From assembly GCA_963706955.1 (NCBI GenBank), contig CAVPOC010000003.1, positions 352,001-416,000 of the forward strand: 64,000 nucleotides of DNA, given 5' to 3'. Positions 39,542 through 49,864 of this stretch are shown here, in pieces (positions within the stretch are counted from its first letter, which is position 1; each line of letters opens with the position of its first letter). The stretch comes from an uncultured Verrucomicrobiae bacterium (lineage in GTDB: Bacteria > Verrucomicrobiota > Verrucomicrobiia > Chthoniobacterales > Terrimicrobiaceae). The notes beneath the pieces are model-generated. The model had not been told where the DNA came from. It ran no database searches and worked only from the letters and a program-made list of their open reading frames with translations. Made by a program: the position numbers and the translations under genes.

Positions 39542-41319
39542 GATGGAAGGCATGCCGACGGGCCATGATCGCCAGCGGAGTCGTCGGGATCATTTTCACC
39601 GGCTTTTCGGCGCGCCTTATTGAACTGCAAGTCGTCAAGTACGAAGAGTACACCCAGCTCGCCGCGCAAAAACATTCCATCCGCCTGACGGTCCCGGCGC
39701 ATCGCGGAATGATTCTGGACCGCAACGGCGAAATCCTTGCGGCCAACATCCCGGTGCGCAAGGTGGTCGTCGACGGTTCCCACGTCAAGAAACCCGGGGC
39801 GCTCGCCACTCTCGCGGCACCATACCTAGGCATACCGCGGGAGACGCTCCTGGCTGAGCTGCGAACGCGCAGCAAGTACAAAGTCCTGCTCCCGGAATTG
39901 GACGAAGAAAAGGCCATGGCTCTCCAACACGCGATGGAGGAAAAATCGTTGCGCGGCCTCTACTTTCATCAGAATACGACGCGGACCTATCCGAATGGTC
40001 CGCTGCTCAGCCACGTGCTCGGTTTCCTCGGACGCAAGGATCCCAACGATGAGTTCGTCGTTGGCGTCGAGGGCATCGAGAGGAGCATGGAAGACTATCT
40101 CAAAGGAATCGACGGATTTCGCCACATCGAACGCGATCGCACGGGACGCGAGATCGTCATCTACCGGGGGCAGGAACAAGCTCCCCGCCACGGGATGAAC
40201 GTCCAACTCACGATTGACATGAACCTTCAGGCTATCCTGGAGGCCGAGCTCGACAATGCCTTTCGAGAGCTCAAGCCAGACAATGCCACCGGGATCATTA
40301 TGGATCCCAATACCGGCGAGATTCTGGCGATGACCAGCAGGCCTTCCTTCAATCTCAATCAGATCGACTCCGCCAAGCCCCCAGAGATGAAGAACCGGGC
40401 CATCTTTGACATGGTCGAGCCGGGCTCCACCTTCAAGATTGTCGTCGCCTCGGCAGCGCTAACCGAACGGGTGGTCTCCCAAAAGAGCATCATCTACTGC
40501 GAAAACGGCGCCTTTTCCTATGGGGGACGTATCCTGCGCGATCATCACGGATATGGGCAAATGAGCGTCCACGATATCCTGATGAAATCGTCGAACATTG
40601 GCTCGGCCAAGATGGCTCTGATGCTGGGAGATGAGAAGTTTTACGAGTACGTGCGCCGTTTCGGTTTTGGAGAACGCACCGGCATTGCCCTTCCAGGCGA
40701 AATCCCCGGCCTGGTCCATCCCCCCTCTCGCTGGGACCGACTGACAATTACACGCATGCCGATGGGGCAAGCGGTGGCAGTCACGCCACTGCAAATGGCC
40801 ATGGGCATGTCGGTGATCGCCAATGGCGGAAAACTTATGCGTCCGCAGATAATCAAGTCCATTCAGGACCGCGATGGCCAGGAGATTCTTTCCATAAAGC
40901 CAGAGGTCATTCGCGAGGTTATCCCTACCTCGACGGCCAAGTTCGTCAGCGCAGCACTGACCGAAGTAGTCAGTGAACGTGGCACTGCGGCGCTAGCGCG
41001 AGTGAGCGGGTTTTCCGTGGCTGGCAAAACGGGAACAGCTCAGAAGGTGGATCCGAAAGGAGGTTATGCCGCCGGCGAGTATATCGTTTCCTTTGTCGGC
41101 TACATTCCGGCGGAGCAACCACGCTTCGTTTGCCTCATCATTGTCGACGACGCCAAATTGAGCTCTGGTCTCAATTATGGCGGCCTGGTCGCGGCGCCGA
41201 TTTTTTCGCGAGTCGCCGAAAAGGCTGCCCGCTACCTCGACTTGGTGCCCGCGCCGGCCGCCACGGCGGCTCTTCCTGTTGCTCTCGGGCAGAGTGGTGC
41301 TACCAAATTTCGACAGTGA
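39538..41319 (+). CDS. ftsI: Class B penicillin-binding protein (FtsI/PBP3)
   Basis: RGMILDRNG, EPGSTFK (SxxK), SSN (SxN) and KTGTAQ motifs. Confidence 0.93.
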   Translation: MRWKACRRAMIASGVVGIIFTGFSARLIELQVVKYEEYTQLAAQKHSIRLTVPAHRGMILDRNGEILAANIPVRKVVVDGSHVKKPGALATLAAPYLGIPRETLLAELRTRSKYKVLLPELDEEKAMALQHAMEEKSLRGLYFHQNTTRTYPNGPLLSHVLGFLGRKDPNDEFVVGVEGIERSMEDYLKGIDGFRHIERDRTGREIVIYRGQEQAPRHGMNVQLTIDMNLQAILEAELDNAFRELKPDNATGIIMDPNTGEILAMTSRPSFNLNQIDSAKPPEMKNRAIFDMVEPGSTFKIVVASAALTERVVSQKSIIYCENGAFSYGGRILRDHHGYGQMSVHDILMKSSNIGSAKMALMLGDEKFYEYVRRFGFGERTGIALPGEIPGLVHPPSRWDRLTITRMPMGQAVAVTPLQMAMGMSVIANGGKLMRPQIIKSIQDRDGQEILSIKPEVIREVIPTSTAKFVSAALTEVVSERGTAALARVSGFSVAGKTGTAQKVDPKGGYAAGEYIVSFVGYIPAEQPRFVCLIIVDDAKLSSGLNYGGLVAAPIFSRVAEKAARYLDLVPAPAATAALPVALGQSGATKFRQ

Positions 41320-42876
41320 GCGAAACCCTCTTGAAACTTCTCGACGCCACAGAAGTTATCGAATCGACCGCCGACCCGCAGACGCGGGTCGAATCGCTTT
41401 GCTATGACTCACGCCAGGCGAGCCCTGGTGCGCTGTTCTTCGCCTTACGCGGAGCACGGCTCGATGGCGCCCACTTTGCCGCGCAGGCCGCTGAAAAAGG
41501 AGCGGTCGCGATCGTCTCCGATGTTGCCTTACCGACCTGCGCGGCACCTTTGATTCGCGTGCACGACGGCCGCACCGCCATGGCCGACATCGCCGCCGCG
41601 TTTTACGATTATCCCGCCCGCAAGCTGAAGGTCATGGGGGTCACCGGCACAAATGGGAAGACGACGACCGCTTTCCTGGTCAAGCATTTACTGGATGCTG
41701 ACCAGCGCCGTTGCGGCCTGATCGGGACGGTGAAATATTGCATCGGAGAATTGGAAGTGGATGCGCCGCGCACTACCCCTGAGTCTCTCGATCTTCAAGA
41801 ACTTCTCGCCCGGATGGTCGATGCAGGAAATAAGGCTGTGGCAATGGAGGTTTCCAGTCACGCGCTTGTCCAACATCGTGCCCGTGGAGTCCAGTACCGA
41901 TACCGCCGTCTTTACGAACCTCACTCAGGACCACCTCGACTACCACAAGACGATGGAGGATTATTTTGAGGCGAAAACGGCGCTTTTTGAGGGACTTGCC
42001 GCCCAAAGAAAGAAGGCGCGCGCCATCATTAACGTGGACGATCGCTACGGACATCGCCTGATTGAGCGCTTCAAAAAAAAGATCGCCGTGGTCACCTACG
42101 GTCAGCGCGTAGGTTGCGACTATCGGGCAACTGACGTTCGCTTCGACGCAACCGGCAGCGAATTTCATCTGGAGGCCAAAGGCCGCAGTTACCTTGTACG
42201 CCTGCCCCTTATCGGTTCTTTCAACATCTACAATTCACTCGCCGCCATCGCAGCCGCTGCCTCGATGGGTATGGAACTTCGCTCCGCCGTCGCCGCCATC
42301 GCTAGGGCACCGCAAGTTCCCGGTCGACTCGAGCGCGTGCCAGCAAAGCGTAGCTTCCAGGTATTCGTAGATTATGCGCACACCGACGATGCACTGCGAA
42401 ATGTTCTGCGAACTCTTCGTGAGCTCAAACCCACCCGCCTGATCACGGTTTTTGGATGCGGCGGCGACCGGGACCGCGCCAAGCGCCCGCTCATGGCCGC
42501 CGCATCCGAGGAATTTTCGGATTGGTCCATCCTGACCTCGGACAATCCACGGAGCGAAGATCCCGCGCGCATCATCGCGGAGATGCGCGCCGGTCTTCGC
42601 GGCAATCGTCACGAGGAGATCGTCGATCGAACCGAGGCCATCCGGCGGGCAGTGAACCTCGCCGGCGCCGGTGATATCATTCTCATCGCCGGCAAAGGTC
42701 ATGAGCGATATCAGGAGTTCGCCGATAAGAAAATCGCCTTCGATGATTCCGCGATCGCCCGTCGGGCCATCGAAAGCAAACGAGTTGAATTGGAAGGGGA
42801 AGGCCGCGCCAGCGGAAGCGACGATACCGCCACGCCGACTGATCGTCTGCCGCTGAGACGCCCAGGGGATTCTTGA
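41316..42876 (+). CDS. murE: UDP-MurNAc-tripeptide synthetase MurE, split by a +1 frameshift at about 41897
   Basis: The first frame has GVTGTNGKTT, TTPES and MEVSSH. The second frame has FTNLTQDHLDYH, DYAHT, FGCGGDRD, DNPR and AGKGHE. Removing one C from TACCGAT restores ...RGVQYDTAVFTNL. Confidence 0.93.
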
Positions 42877-44234
42877 TCGTGGATGCGCTGACGCTCACTG
42901 AGCTCGCCGACATGTGCCAAGGCACCCTCCATGCCGGAACTCCTTCCCAAACGGTGCGAAGAGTTTCCAAGGACACGCGGACACTCGTGGCGGGCGATCT
43001 TTATCTGGCCTTGAGAGGCGAAAATCACGACGGCAACGTCTACGCCGAGGAGGCTGCCGCCAAAGGCGCAGCCGGCGCAATCCTCGACGCCGTGCCGGAT
43101 GGCCTGCCCCCGGACTTCCCGATCATCCTCGTAGATGATACCCTCCTCGCCTTGCACCGCCTGGCGGCGGCGTGGCGCGATCGATTAGCACTGAGAGTCG
43201 TCTGCATCACCGGAAGCAGCGGAAAAACCAGTACCAAGGAGTTCACCGCGGCCGTCCTCTCCGTCCGTTACCGCGTTGTCAAGACCGAGGGAAACTTGAA
43301 TAACCACATCGGCCTGCCCCTCTCGATTTTGTCGGCTTCCATTTTCGATGATGCCGCGGTGTGGGAAATTGGCATGAATCATCCGGGCGAAATCGCGCCG
43401 CTCGCGCGGCTCGCCAGACCAGATCTTGCCATAATAACAAACATCGGCGTCGCGCATATCGAGTACATGGGCTCGCGCGAAGCCATTGCCCACGAGAAGG
43501 GCTCGCTCGCCGAAGCTGTCGGAACGCGCGGCGCTGTCATTCTTCCGACCGAGGACGATTTCGCGATGCAAATCGCGACTCGCGCCACCGGGCGAGTGAT
43601 TCGCGCGGGTCTCTCCTCAGGCACGCTCTGGGCTTCAAACATCGTGATGAGCGCTGAAGGGTCTCGTTTCACGATTCATACCGAAGCCGCGTCCTGCCCC
43701 GCCGAGGTGTCCGCTCCGGGGGAGCACATGGTGCGTAACGCGCTCCTCGCGGTCGCAGCGGGACTGGAGCTAGGTCTTGACTTGGAAGAATGCGCCGAGG
43801 GCCTCGCCACTGCGCGTCTCACCGGCGGTCGATTGGCCCGCCGCATTCTCCGCGGGGTCACCGTGCTCGACGACACCTACAACGCGAATCCGGATTCGAT
43901 GGAGGCCGCTCTGCAGACGCTGGGCGCTCTGCCGGTGGCGGGTCGCCGGATCGCAGTCCTGGGCAAGATGGGCGAGCTCGGCGAGCACGCCGCCGCCGGT
44001 TACCAGCGCGTCGGCCGCAACGCCGCCAGAGTCGCCGACGCGCTCATCGCAGTCGGCACTGAAACGACGCCCCTCTCGGACACCGCGCGTGCGGCCGGAC
44101 TGAAGGAAGTGCACACGACAGCCGACACCGCCGAAGCGGCCGGTCTGCTGAGAAAGATGGCTCGCGAAGGCGATCTCGTCCTTGTCAAGGGTAGTCGCGC
44201 CGCCCGCATGGAGCGCGTGATCGAGAACTTCTGA
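42873..44234 (+). CDS. murF: UDP-MurNAc-tripeptide--D-Ala-D-Ala ligase
   Basis: ITGSSGKTSTK, GNLNNHIGLP, EIGMNHPGEI, DTYNANPDSM and KGSR motifs. Confidence 0.95.
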   Translation: MIVDALTLTELADMCQGTLHAGTPSQTVRRVSKDTRTLVAGDLYLALRGENHDGNVYAEEAAAKGAAGAILDAVPDGLPPDFPIILVDDTLLALHRLAAAWRDRLALRVVCITGSSGKTSTKEFTAAVLSVRYRVVKTEGNLNNHIGLPLSILSASIFDDAAVWEIGMNHPGEIAPLARLARPDLAIITNIGVAHIEYMGSREAIAHEKGSLAEAVGTRGAVILPTEDDFAMQIATRATGRVIRAGLSSGTLWASNIVMSAEGSRFTIHTEAASCPAEVSAPGEHMVRNALLAVAAGLELGLDLEECAEGLATARLTGGRLARRILRGVTVLDDTYNANPDSMEAALQTLGALPVAGRRIAVLGKMGELGEHAAAGYQRVGRNAARVADALIAVGTETTPLSDTARAAGLKEVHTTADTAEAAGLLRKMAREGDLVLVKGSRAARMERVIENF

Positions 44235-45364
44235 TGCTTTACTACCTCTACGAGCTTGGCGAGTGGGCGCGCAAGGCCGGCTACGAAAGTGATTTCCTCA
44301 AAGCGCTAAACGTTTTCAGTTATATAACCTTTCGCGCGATCTGCGCCGCGGCCACCGCTTTCCTGATTTCCATTATCTTCGGCAGCTGGACGATCCGACA
44401 GCTGATCTCACTAAAATTCGGCCAGCCTATTCGCAGCAAGGAGGAAGTAAACAAGCTCTTCGAGCTGCATGGCGCAAAGAAAGGCACCCCCACCATGGGA
44501 GGCCTGCTGATCATCGGCTCGATCGTGATTGCGACTCTCCTCTGGGCACGGACCGAGAATCCATTCGTCTGGCTTGTGCTCTTCAGCACTTTGTTTCTCG
44601 GCGGAATTGGCTTCTATGACGATTGGCTCAAGGTCTCCAAGAAGAGTTCCAAAGGCATTAGCAGCCGCCTGAAGTTCGGCCTGCAGTGCGTCTTGGCGGC
44701 GATTTTCACGATCTTCTTTCTGACCAGCCCAAGGCTGTCTGAAATTGCTAAGCAACTCTACATCCCCTTCCTAAAGGAGCCGCTCATCTTCAGCCTCGGC
44801 TGGCTCACCTTCGTCTTTTACCTACTGGTCATCGTCGGAACCTCCAACGCGGTCAACCTCACTGACGGACTCGACGGCCTGGCGACAGGATGCACGGCAA
44901 CCGTGGCCGCCACCTACGCCGGCCTGGCCTATCTCGCCGGCAATGTCCGCGCCGCGGAATACCTGCAGATCCCCTACGTCCCCTTTTCGGGCGAGCTCGC
45001 GGTTGTTTGCAGCGCCTTGCTGGGGGCGTGCCTCGGGTTCCTTTGGTGGAACGCATTCCCCGCCCGCGTGTTCATGGGCGACACTGGGTCGCTCGCCATT
45101 GGGGGGATGCTTGGCGCGGTGGCCATCTGCTGCAAGCAGGAGCTTCTTCTCGTTATCGTGGGAGGAGTCTTCGTCATCGAAGCAATGTCAGTGATCTTGC
45201 AAGTTCTAAGCTTCAAGATGACCGGCCGGCGGATCATCAAAATGTCGCCGATCCACCATCATTTCGAACTGAGCGGGTGGAAAGAGAATACCGTCATTGT
45301 CCGCTTTTGGATCGTCTCCATCCTCTTCGCCCTCCTCGGGCTGGCAACCTTGAAACTGCGATGA
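44234..45364 (+). CDS. mraY: Phospho-MurNAc-pentapeptide translocase
   Basis: KKGTPTMGG, GFYDD, NAVNLTDGLDGL, FMGDTGS and PIHHHFE motifs. Confidence 0.97.
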   Translation: MLYYLYELGEWARKAGYESDFLKALNVFSYITFRAICAAATAFLISIIFGSWTIRQLISLKFGQPIRSKEEVNKLFELHGAKKGTPTMGGLLIIGSIVIATLLWARTENPFVWLVLFSTLFLGGIGFYDDWLKVSKKSSKGISSRLKFGLQCVLAAIFTIFFLTSPRLSEIAKQLYIPFLKEPLIFSLGWLTFVFYLLVIVGTSNAVNLTDGLDGLATGCTATVAATYAGLAYLAGNVRAAEYLQIPYVPFSGELAVVCSALLGACLGFLWWNAFPARVFMGDTGSLAIGGMLGAVAICCKQELLLVIVGGVFVIEAMSVILQVLSFKMTGRRIIKMSPIHHHFELSGWKENTVIVRFWIVSILFALLGLATLKLR

Positions 45365-46677
45365 TCTACTCCGGAAAGAGGGCCGTCGTTCTCGGCCTCG
45401 GGCACAGTGGCGAGGCTGCGGCCATCCTGTTGCGCGAGGAAGGCGCGGAGGTCACCATCTGCGAAAGCAGTGACAATTCTGCGCTCCGCGAGAAGGCAGC
45501 CAAGCTCAAGGAACAAGACATCCGCATTCTCCTTGGTCCCGCCGCCGACACCGATCCAAGTTCCTACGACGTCTGTATTCTCAGTCCGGGAATCGACCCG
45601 GCCGTTCCGCTCGTGCAGAATGTTCTCCGCAAAAGAATTCCGATCATCGGAGAACTCGAGCTTGCCTTCGAAGAATGCATTTGCCCGGTGGTGGCCATCA
45701 CGGGCACCAATGGAAAGACGACGACGACCGAGCTAACCACCGCGATGCTGCAGGGTTCAGGCGTCCGGACCATGGCGAGCGGCAATATCGGTCTGCCCTT
45801 TGCGACTGCTGTGCGGCAAAGCCACGAGCTCGACGTGATGGTTCTCGAGGTTAGCTCTTTTCAGCTCGAGACGATCGATGCCTTCCGCCCTCATGTCTCC
45901 GTATGGCTGAACCTCAGCCCCAACCACCTCGATCGCTACCGTGACATGGATGAATATCGCACGGCCAAACTTCGAATCTTCCTAAATCAGACGTCCGACG
46001 ATTTCGCCGTCGTCAACGCTCGCGAGAACCTGCCCGCGCTCGCCGCCCGGCGCATCACCTTTAGCGCCTATGATCCGGACGCCGACTTTACACTGCGCGA
46101 TCGAGTCATCCATTACCGCAATGAACCCGTGCTTGATCAGCGCGCGACCAAACTCCCCGGAATTCACAACGCAGAGAATCTCATGGCCGCCATGGGAATC
46201 GGCCTCGCCCTTGGCCTAGACTTCGAAAAGATGTCCGGAGCGGTTCATGAGTACACTGCCCCGGTGCACCGGTGCGAGTTCGTCCGCGAGCTCAGAGGTA
46301 TCCGCTGGATCAACGATTCAAAGGCGACAAACCTCGACTCCGTTGAGAAGGCCATCCTCTCACAGGCAGGGCCGATTGTGCTCATCGCCGGCGGCAAGGA
46401 TAAAGGATTCGAATTTGATTCAATCGCGCCTCTCGTGCGTGAGCGGGTTCGTCAGGCCGTCCTGATCGGCGAGATGAAAGAGCGAATAGCCCGTTCCTGG
46501 AGCGGGCTTGACTGCCGGCTGGCCGACTCTCTCGAGGAGGCCGTCAGCTTCGCCTCTCAGGTCGCCACGGAAGGCGAGACGGTGCTCTTTTCCCCCGGAA
46601 CGTCGTCTTTTGACATGTTCCGCAACTACGGCGAGCGCGGCAACCGCTTCAAGGAGGCGGTGAACGCTCTCGGCTAA
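45361..46677 (+). CDS. murD: UDP-MurNAc-L-Ala--D-Glu ligase
   Basis: GLGHSG, ITGTNGKTTT, EVSSFQLE, NDSKATN, GGKDKG and SFDMFRNYGERG motifs; ATG overlaps the mraY stop. Confidence 0.95.
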   Translation: MIYSGKRAVVLGLGHSGEAAAILLREEGAEVTICESSDNSALREKAAKLKEQDIRILLGPAADTDPSSYDVCILSPGIDPAVPLVQNVLRKRIPIIGELELAFEECICPVVAITGTNGKTTTTELTTAMLQGSGVRTMASGNIGLPFATAVRQSHELDVMVLEVSSFQLETIDAFRPHVSVWLNLSPNHLDRYRDMDEYRTAKLRIFLNQTSDDFAVVNARENLPALAARRITFSAYDPDADFTLRDRVIHYRNEPVLDQRATKLPGIHNAENLMAAMGIGLALGLDFEKMSGAVHEYTAPVHRCEFVRELRGIRWINDSKATNLDSVEKAILSQAGPIVLIAGGKDKGFEFDSIAPLVRERVRQAVLIGEMKERIARSWSGLDCRLADSLEEAVSFASQVATEGETVLFSPGTSSFDMFRNYGERGNRFKEAVNALG

Positions 46678-46704
46678 CCAACAAAGTCAATCAAACCGCA
46701 GATC

Positions 46705-47565
46705 ATGAAAATGAAGAAAATCCTGAAAATGCCGCTCCGACGAATGCAGCGGCAGCCTTCGCCTGCCGAAGCTTTGCGGGCCAAGGCGACCGCCAACTCG
46801 GGAGCATACGACAAAGAGGACTACGAGGTACAGGAGGAGCCGAACATGAAGTTTTCGCATGCGCTCCTGGTTGTTCTCGCGCTGCACGTTATCGCGGTCG
46901 GCGGCGTCTTCGCCTTCAATTCAATCAAAGCCGGACAAGCCGCCGCCGCTAAGAATGCTGCCAAGGAAGAAATCGCTCGCGCAGTTGCGCGGACGTCCAC
47001 CCCAACAAAACCCTCGGCGCCGGACAGCGTCACGGCGGGGTGGCAAGGCCGAACCCATACGGTTCAGGCGGGCGATACACTGAGTCGGCTCGCTTCGCTT
47101 TACAAGACCACCATCGAGGCGATCGAGAACGAGAACGGCATCACCACGTATTCGATGATTCGTGTCGGGCAAGTGCTGAAAATTCCCGCCGCCAAGACCG
47201 AAACCAGCAGGCCGGCAACCGACCCAGCAAGCGCCTCCGCCAAGCACGCTTTTCTGGCCACGAAATCCGACCTGCCCAAGCCGCCAACTACTGCGGCTGC
47301 CAAACCGGAAGCTCCCAAATCGCCCGCCGTCGCCGCCACTCCACCGCCCAAGCCTGTCGCCCAATCAGCCGCTCCGGTTAAGGAGGAAGTCCCGGCGGCG
47401 CCCACCAATGGCAACACCTACACGGTCGCCAAGGGTGACAACCCCTACAGCATCGCCAAGAAATTGCACGTAAGCTACAACGAGCTCATCGCCATCAACG
47501 AAATCAAAGATCCGACACGGGTGCGAATTGGTCAGAAGCTGAAAATACCGCCACGAAAAAATTGA
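46705..47565 (+). CDS. Membrane-anchored protein with two LysM domains
   Basis: TM helix, HTVQAGDTLSRLA...GQVLKIP, a Pro/Ala linker, then YTVAKGDNPYSIAK...GQKLKIP. Confidence 0.9.
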   Translation: MKMKKILKMPLRRMQRQPSPAEALRAKATANSGAYDKEDYEVQEEPNMKFSHALLVVLALHVIAVGGVFAFNSIKAGQAAAAKNAAKEEIARAVARTSTPTKPSAPDSVTAGWQGRTHTVQAGDTLSRLASLYKTTIEAIENENGITTYSMIRVGQVLKIPAAKTETSRPATDPASASAKHAFLATKSDLPKPPTTAAAKPEAPKSPAVAATPPPKPVAQSAAPVKEEVPAAPTNGNTYTVAKGDNPYSIAKKLHVSYNELIAINEIKDPTRVRIGQKLKIPPRKN

Positions 47566-47618
47566 TGCGTTGGCGACGGGCGATGCGGCCTGGCCGCACG
47601 TGACGTCCCCTTTCGAAG

Positions 47619-48761
47619 ATGCAACGGAACGCTATCTACGCCCTTCTGCTCACCGTTGTTACGTTGACCGCTCTCGGCATCGTCATGCTTTTCAGCACCA
47701 GCGCCTTTGCGCAGGAAAGCCACGGCGATATCTATTTTTTCGTCAAGCGCCAGGCATTCTGGCTCACCATTTCCCTGCTTTGTGCTCTCATCGGGGCACT
47801 GGTGGACTACCATTGGTGGAAGAAGAGCTGGTGGCTGGTCTTTGTCCTTTCCTTGGCGCTTCTCATCCTTTGCTTCGTTCCCCCGATCGGTCTAAAGATC
47901 AACGGTTCCCGCCGCTGGATTCAAGTCGGGTTCGGGACCTTTCAGCCCAGCGAACTGGCCAAGGTCGCCGTTGTATTTTTTACGGCCTGGTGGTTCGAGA
48001 AATTTGAAAAGGATGCCGGCCGGTTTTTCAAGGGATTCGTCTTCCCCTTCGCGATCGTCAGTCTGATCCTCGTACCGATCTCTCGCCAGGAGGACCTCGG
48101 CTACACTGCGCTTATCGGTGCCGCCGTGCTCTGCGTGATGTTCGTTGCCGGAATGCGGCTACGCTGGATTCTGCCGATTGTCCTTGTCGGTGTCGTCGCG
48201 ATTCTCTACTTGGCGATTCATATCGAAGAACGGCGCGACCGTTTGCTCGCTTTTCTCAACCCTGAGGAGTACCAGGCCAGCGGTGGTTACCAGCAGTTAC
48301 AGGGTCTCATCGCGATTGGCTCCGGAGGCGTTGACGGACTCGGCCTCGGCGAGGGGCGGCAGAAGATGCTTTACCTTCCCTACGCGCATACGGATTTCAT
48401 TTTTCCGATGATCGGAGAAGAATTGGGTTTGCGCGTCACCTTGGTGATTGTTTTTTGTTACCTGCTCATCTGCTTATGTGGAACCTTGATTGCCATGAAT
48501 GCGCCGGACCGGTTCGGGATGTTGCTGGGGTTCGGCTTTGTGATGATGATCACTCTGCAGGCGATTGTGAATATTGGGGTGACTACATCGGTGTTACCGA
48601 ATAAGGGAATGCCGCTGCCTTTCATCAGTTTCGGCGGCTCGAATCTGGCGATTTGCTACTTCATGGTCGGAGTGCTCGTGAATATTCATCGATTCGGAAA
48701 CCCGCTCCTCGAGATGGCTTCGCCTGCTCTGCGCCGTGTGCGAAATATCTGCAGGCTATGA
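47619..48761 (+). CDS. ftsW: SEDS peptidoglycan glycosyltransferase FtsW
   Basis: NGSRRWI, QPSELAK, GYQ..Q..IAIGSGG, PYAHTDFIF and LPFISFGGS motifs. Confidence 0.95.
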   Translation: MQRNAIYALLLTVVTLTALGIVMLFSTSAFAQESHGDIYFFVKRQAFWLTISLLCALIGALVDYHWWKKSWWLVFVLSLALLILCFVPPIGLKINGSRRWIQVGFGTFQPSELAKVAVVFFTAWWFEKFEKDAGRFFKGFVFPFAIVSLILVPISRQEDLGYTALIGAAVLCVMFVAGMRLRWILPIVLVGVVAILYLAIHIEERRDRLLAFLNPEEYQASGGYQQLQGLIAIGSGGVDGLGLGEGRQKMLYLPYAHTDFIFPMIGEELGLRVTLVIVFCYLLICLCGTLIAMNAPDRFGMLLGFGFVMMITLQAIVNIGVTTSVLPNKGMPLPFISFGGSNLAICYFMVGVLVNIHRFGNPLLEMASPALRRVRNICRL

Positions 48762-49864
48762 AGCCATTCCGCGTCGTGATCGCCTGTGGCGGAACGGGCG
48801 GCCATCTCTTTCCCGGTCTGGCCGTCGCGGAAATACTCAAGGAACGAGGACACGAGGTGCTCCTGGTTGTCTCCGAAAAGGAAATCGACACCATTGCTCT
48901 AAAGGCGCACCCCGACTTTCGTGCCGAGAAACTGCCCTCAGTGGGGATGCCGAACCTCCTCTCCCCGGCTTTCGTTCGCTTTCTGCGCCGTTCGTGGGAA
49001 GGGTATGTTTACTGCAGAGGCAGTTACCGAAAGTTTCGTCCGTCGGTCGTTCTCGGCATGGGAGGCTTCACCTCGACCGCACCCATCCTGGCAGGACGCC
49101 GCTTGAAATTGCCGACTTTGATCCACGAGTCGAACGCTATTCCCGGACGCGCTAACAAACTCACGGCGCGCTTCGTCACGCGCGTGCTGCTCGGCTTCCA
49201 AGCCTGCGCCCCCTTTTTTCAGAACCTGGACTGCGTCGTCACGGGGACCCCGGTCCGGCGAAATCTCGGATCTCCGCTGAGCCGCGCGACCGCACTGGCC
49301 GCGTTCCGCCTTGAAGAAAACCGGCGCACTCTCTTGGTGATGGGAGGAAGCCAGGGCGCCTCAGGCATCAACCAAGCGCTCTTTAAGTCGGCGCCCCTGC
49401 TCACGGACCAGCCGCTCCAAATCATTCACCTCACCGGTGACCGCGACGACCGCTTAGCAGCCGCCAACTATCAGCGGGAAAATATTCCCCATTACGTCGC
49501 CCCGTTTCATCACCGGATGGAGGAGGTCTACTCTGCGGCGGACCTTGTGATTTCTCGCGCCGGGGCCGCCAGCCTCAGTGAGTTATCTCAGTTCGGTCTG
49601 GCCTCGATCTTGATCCCGTATCCTTACGCAACTGATGATCACCAGACATCCAACGCGAGCGTCTTCGCCGACGCTGGCGCCGCCGAACTTCTACCCGAGC
49701 GCCGTTTAACTCCGGAAGCCTTCTCCGCACTGATCACCAGTCTGCTCAGCGACGATGCTCGGCGCGAAAAAATGTCGGCCGCGGCACACACGATTCTCCC
49801 GCGAGACGCGGCTGGCAACGTTGCCGACGAGATCGAACGAGCGGCCGCGCCTCAGAACCCATGA
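48758..49864 (+). CDS. murG: Lipid II GlcNAc transferase
   Basis: GGTGGHLFPG, HESNAIPG, GGSQGA, SRAGA and HQ..NA motifs. Confidence 0.95.
   Translation: MKPFRVVIACGGTGGHLFPGLAVAEILKERGHEVLLVVSEKEIDTIALKAHPDFRAEKLPSVGMPNLLSPAFVRFLRRSWEGYVYCRGSYRKFRPSVVLGMGGFTSTAPILAGRRLKLPTLIHESNAIPGRANKLTARFVTRVLLGFQACAPFFQNLDCVVTGTPVRRNLGSPLSRATALAAFRLEENRRTLLVMGGSQGASGINQALFKSAPLLTDQPLQIIHLTGDRDDRLAAANYQRENIPHYVAPFHHRMEEVYSAADLVISRAGAASLSELSQFGLASILIPYPYATDDHQTSNASVFADAGAAELLPERRLTPEAFSALITSLLSDDARREKMSAAAHTILPRDAAGNVADEIERAAAPQNP

Noticed and set aside
44890..45360. Apparent 157-aa N-terminal extension of MurD
   Set aside because: It overlaps mraY in another frame. The real start is ATG 45361, which overlaps the mraY stop.
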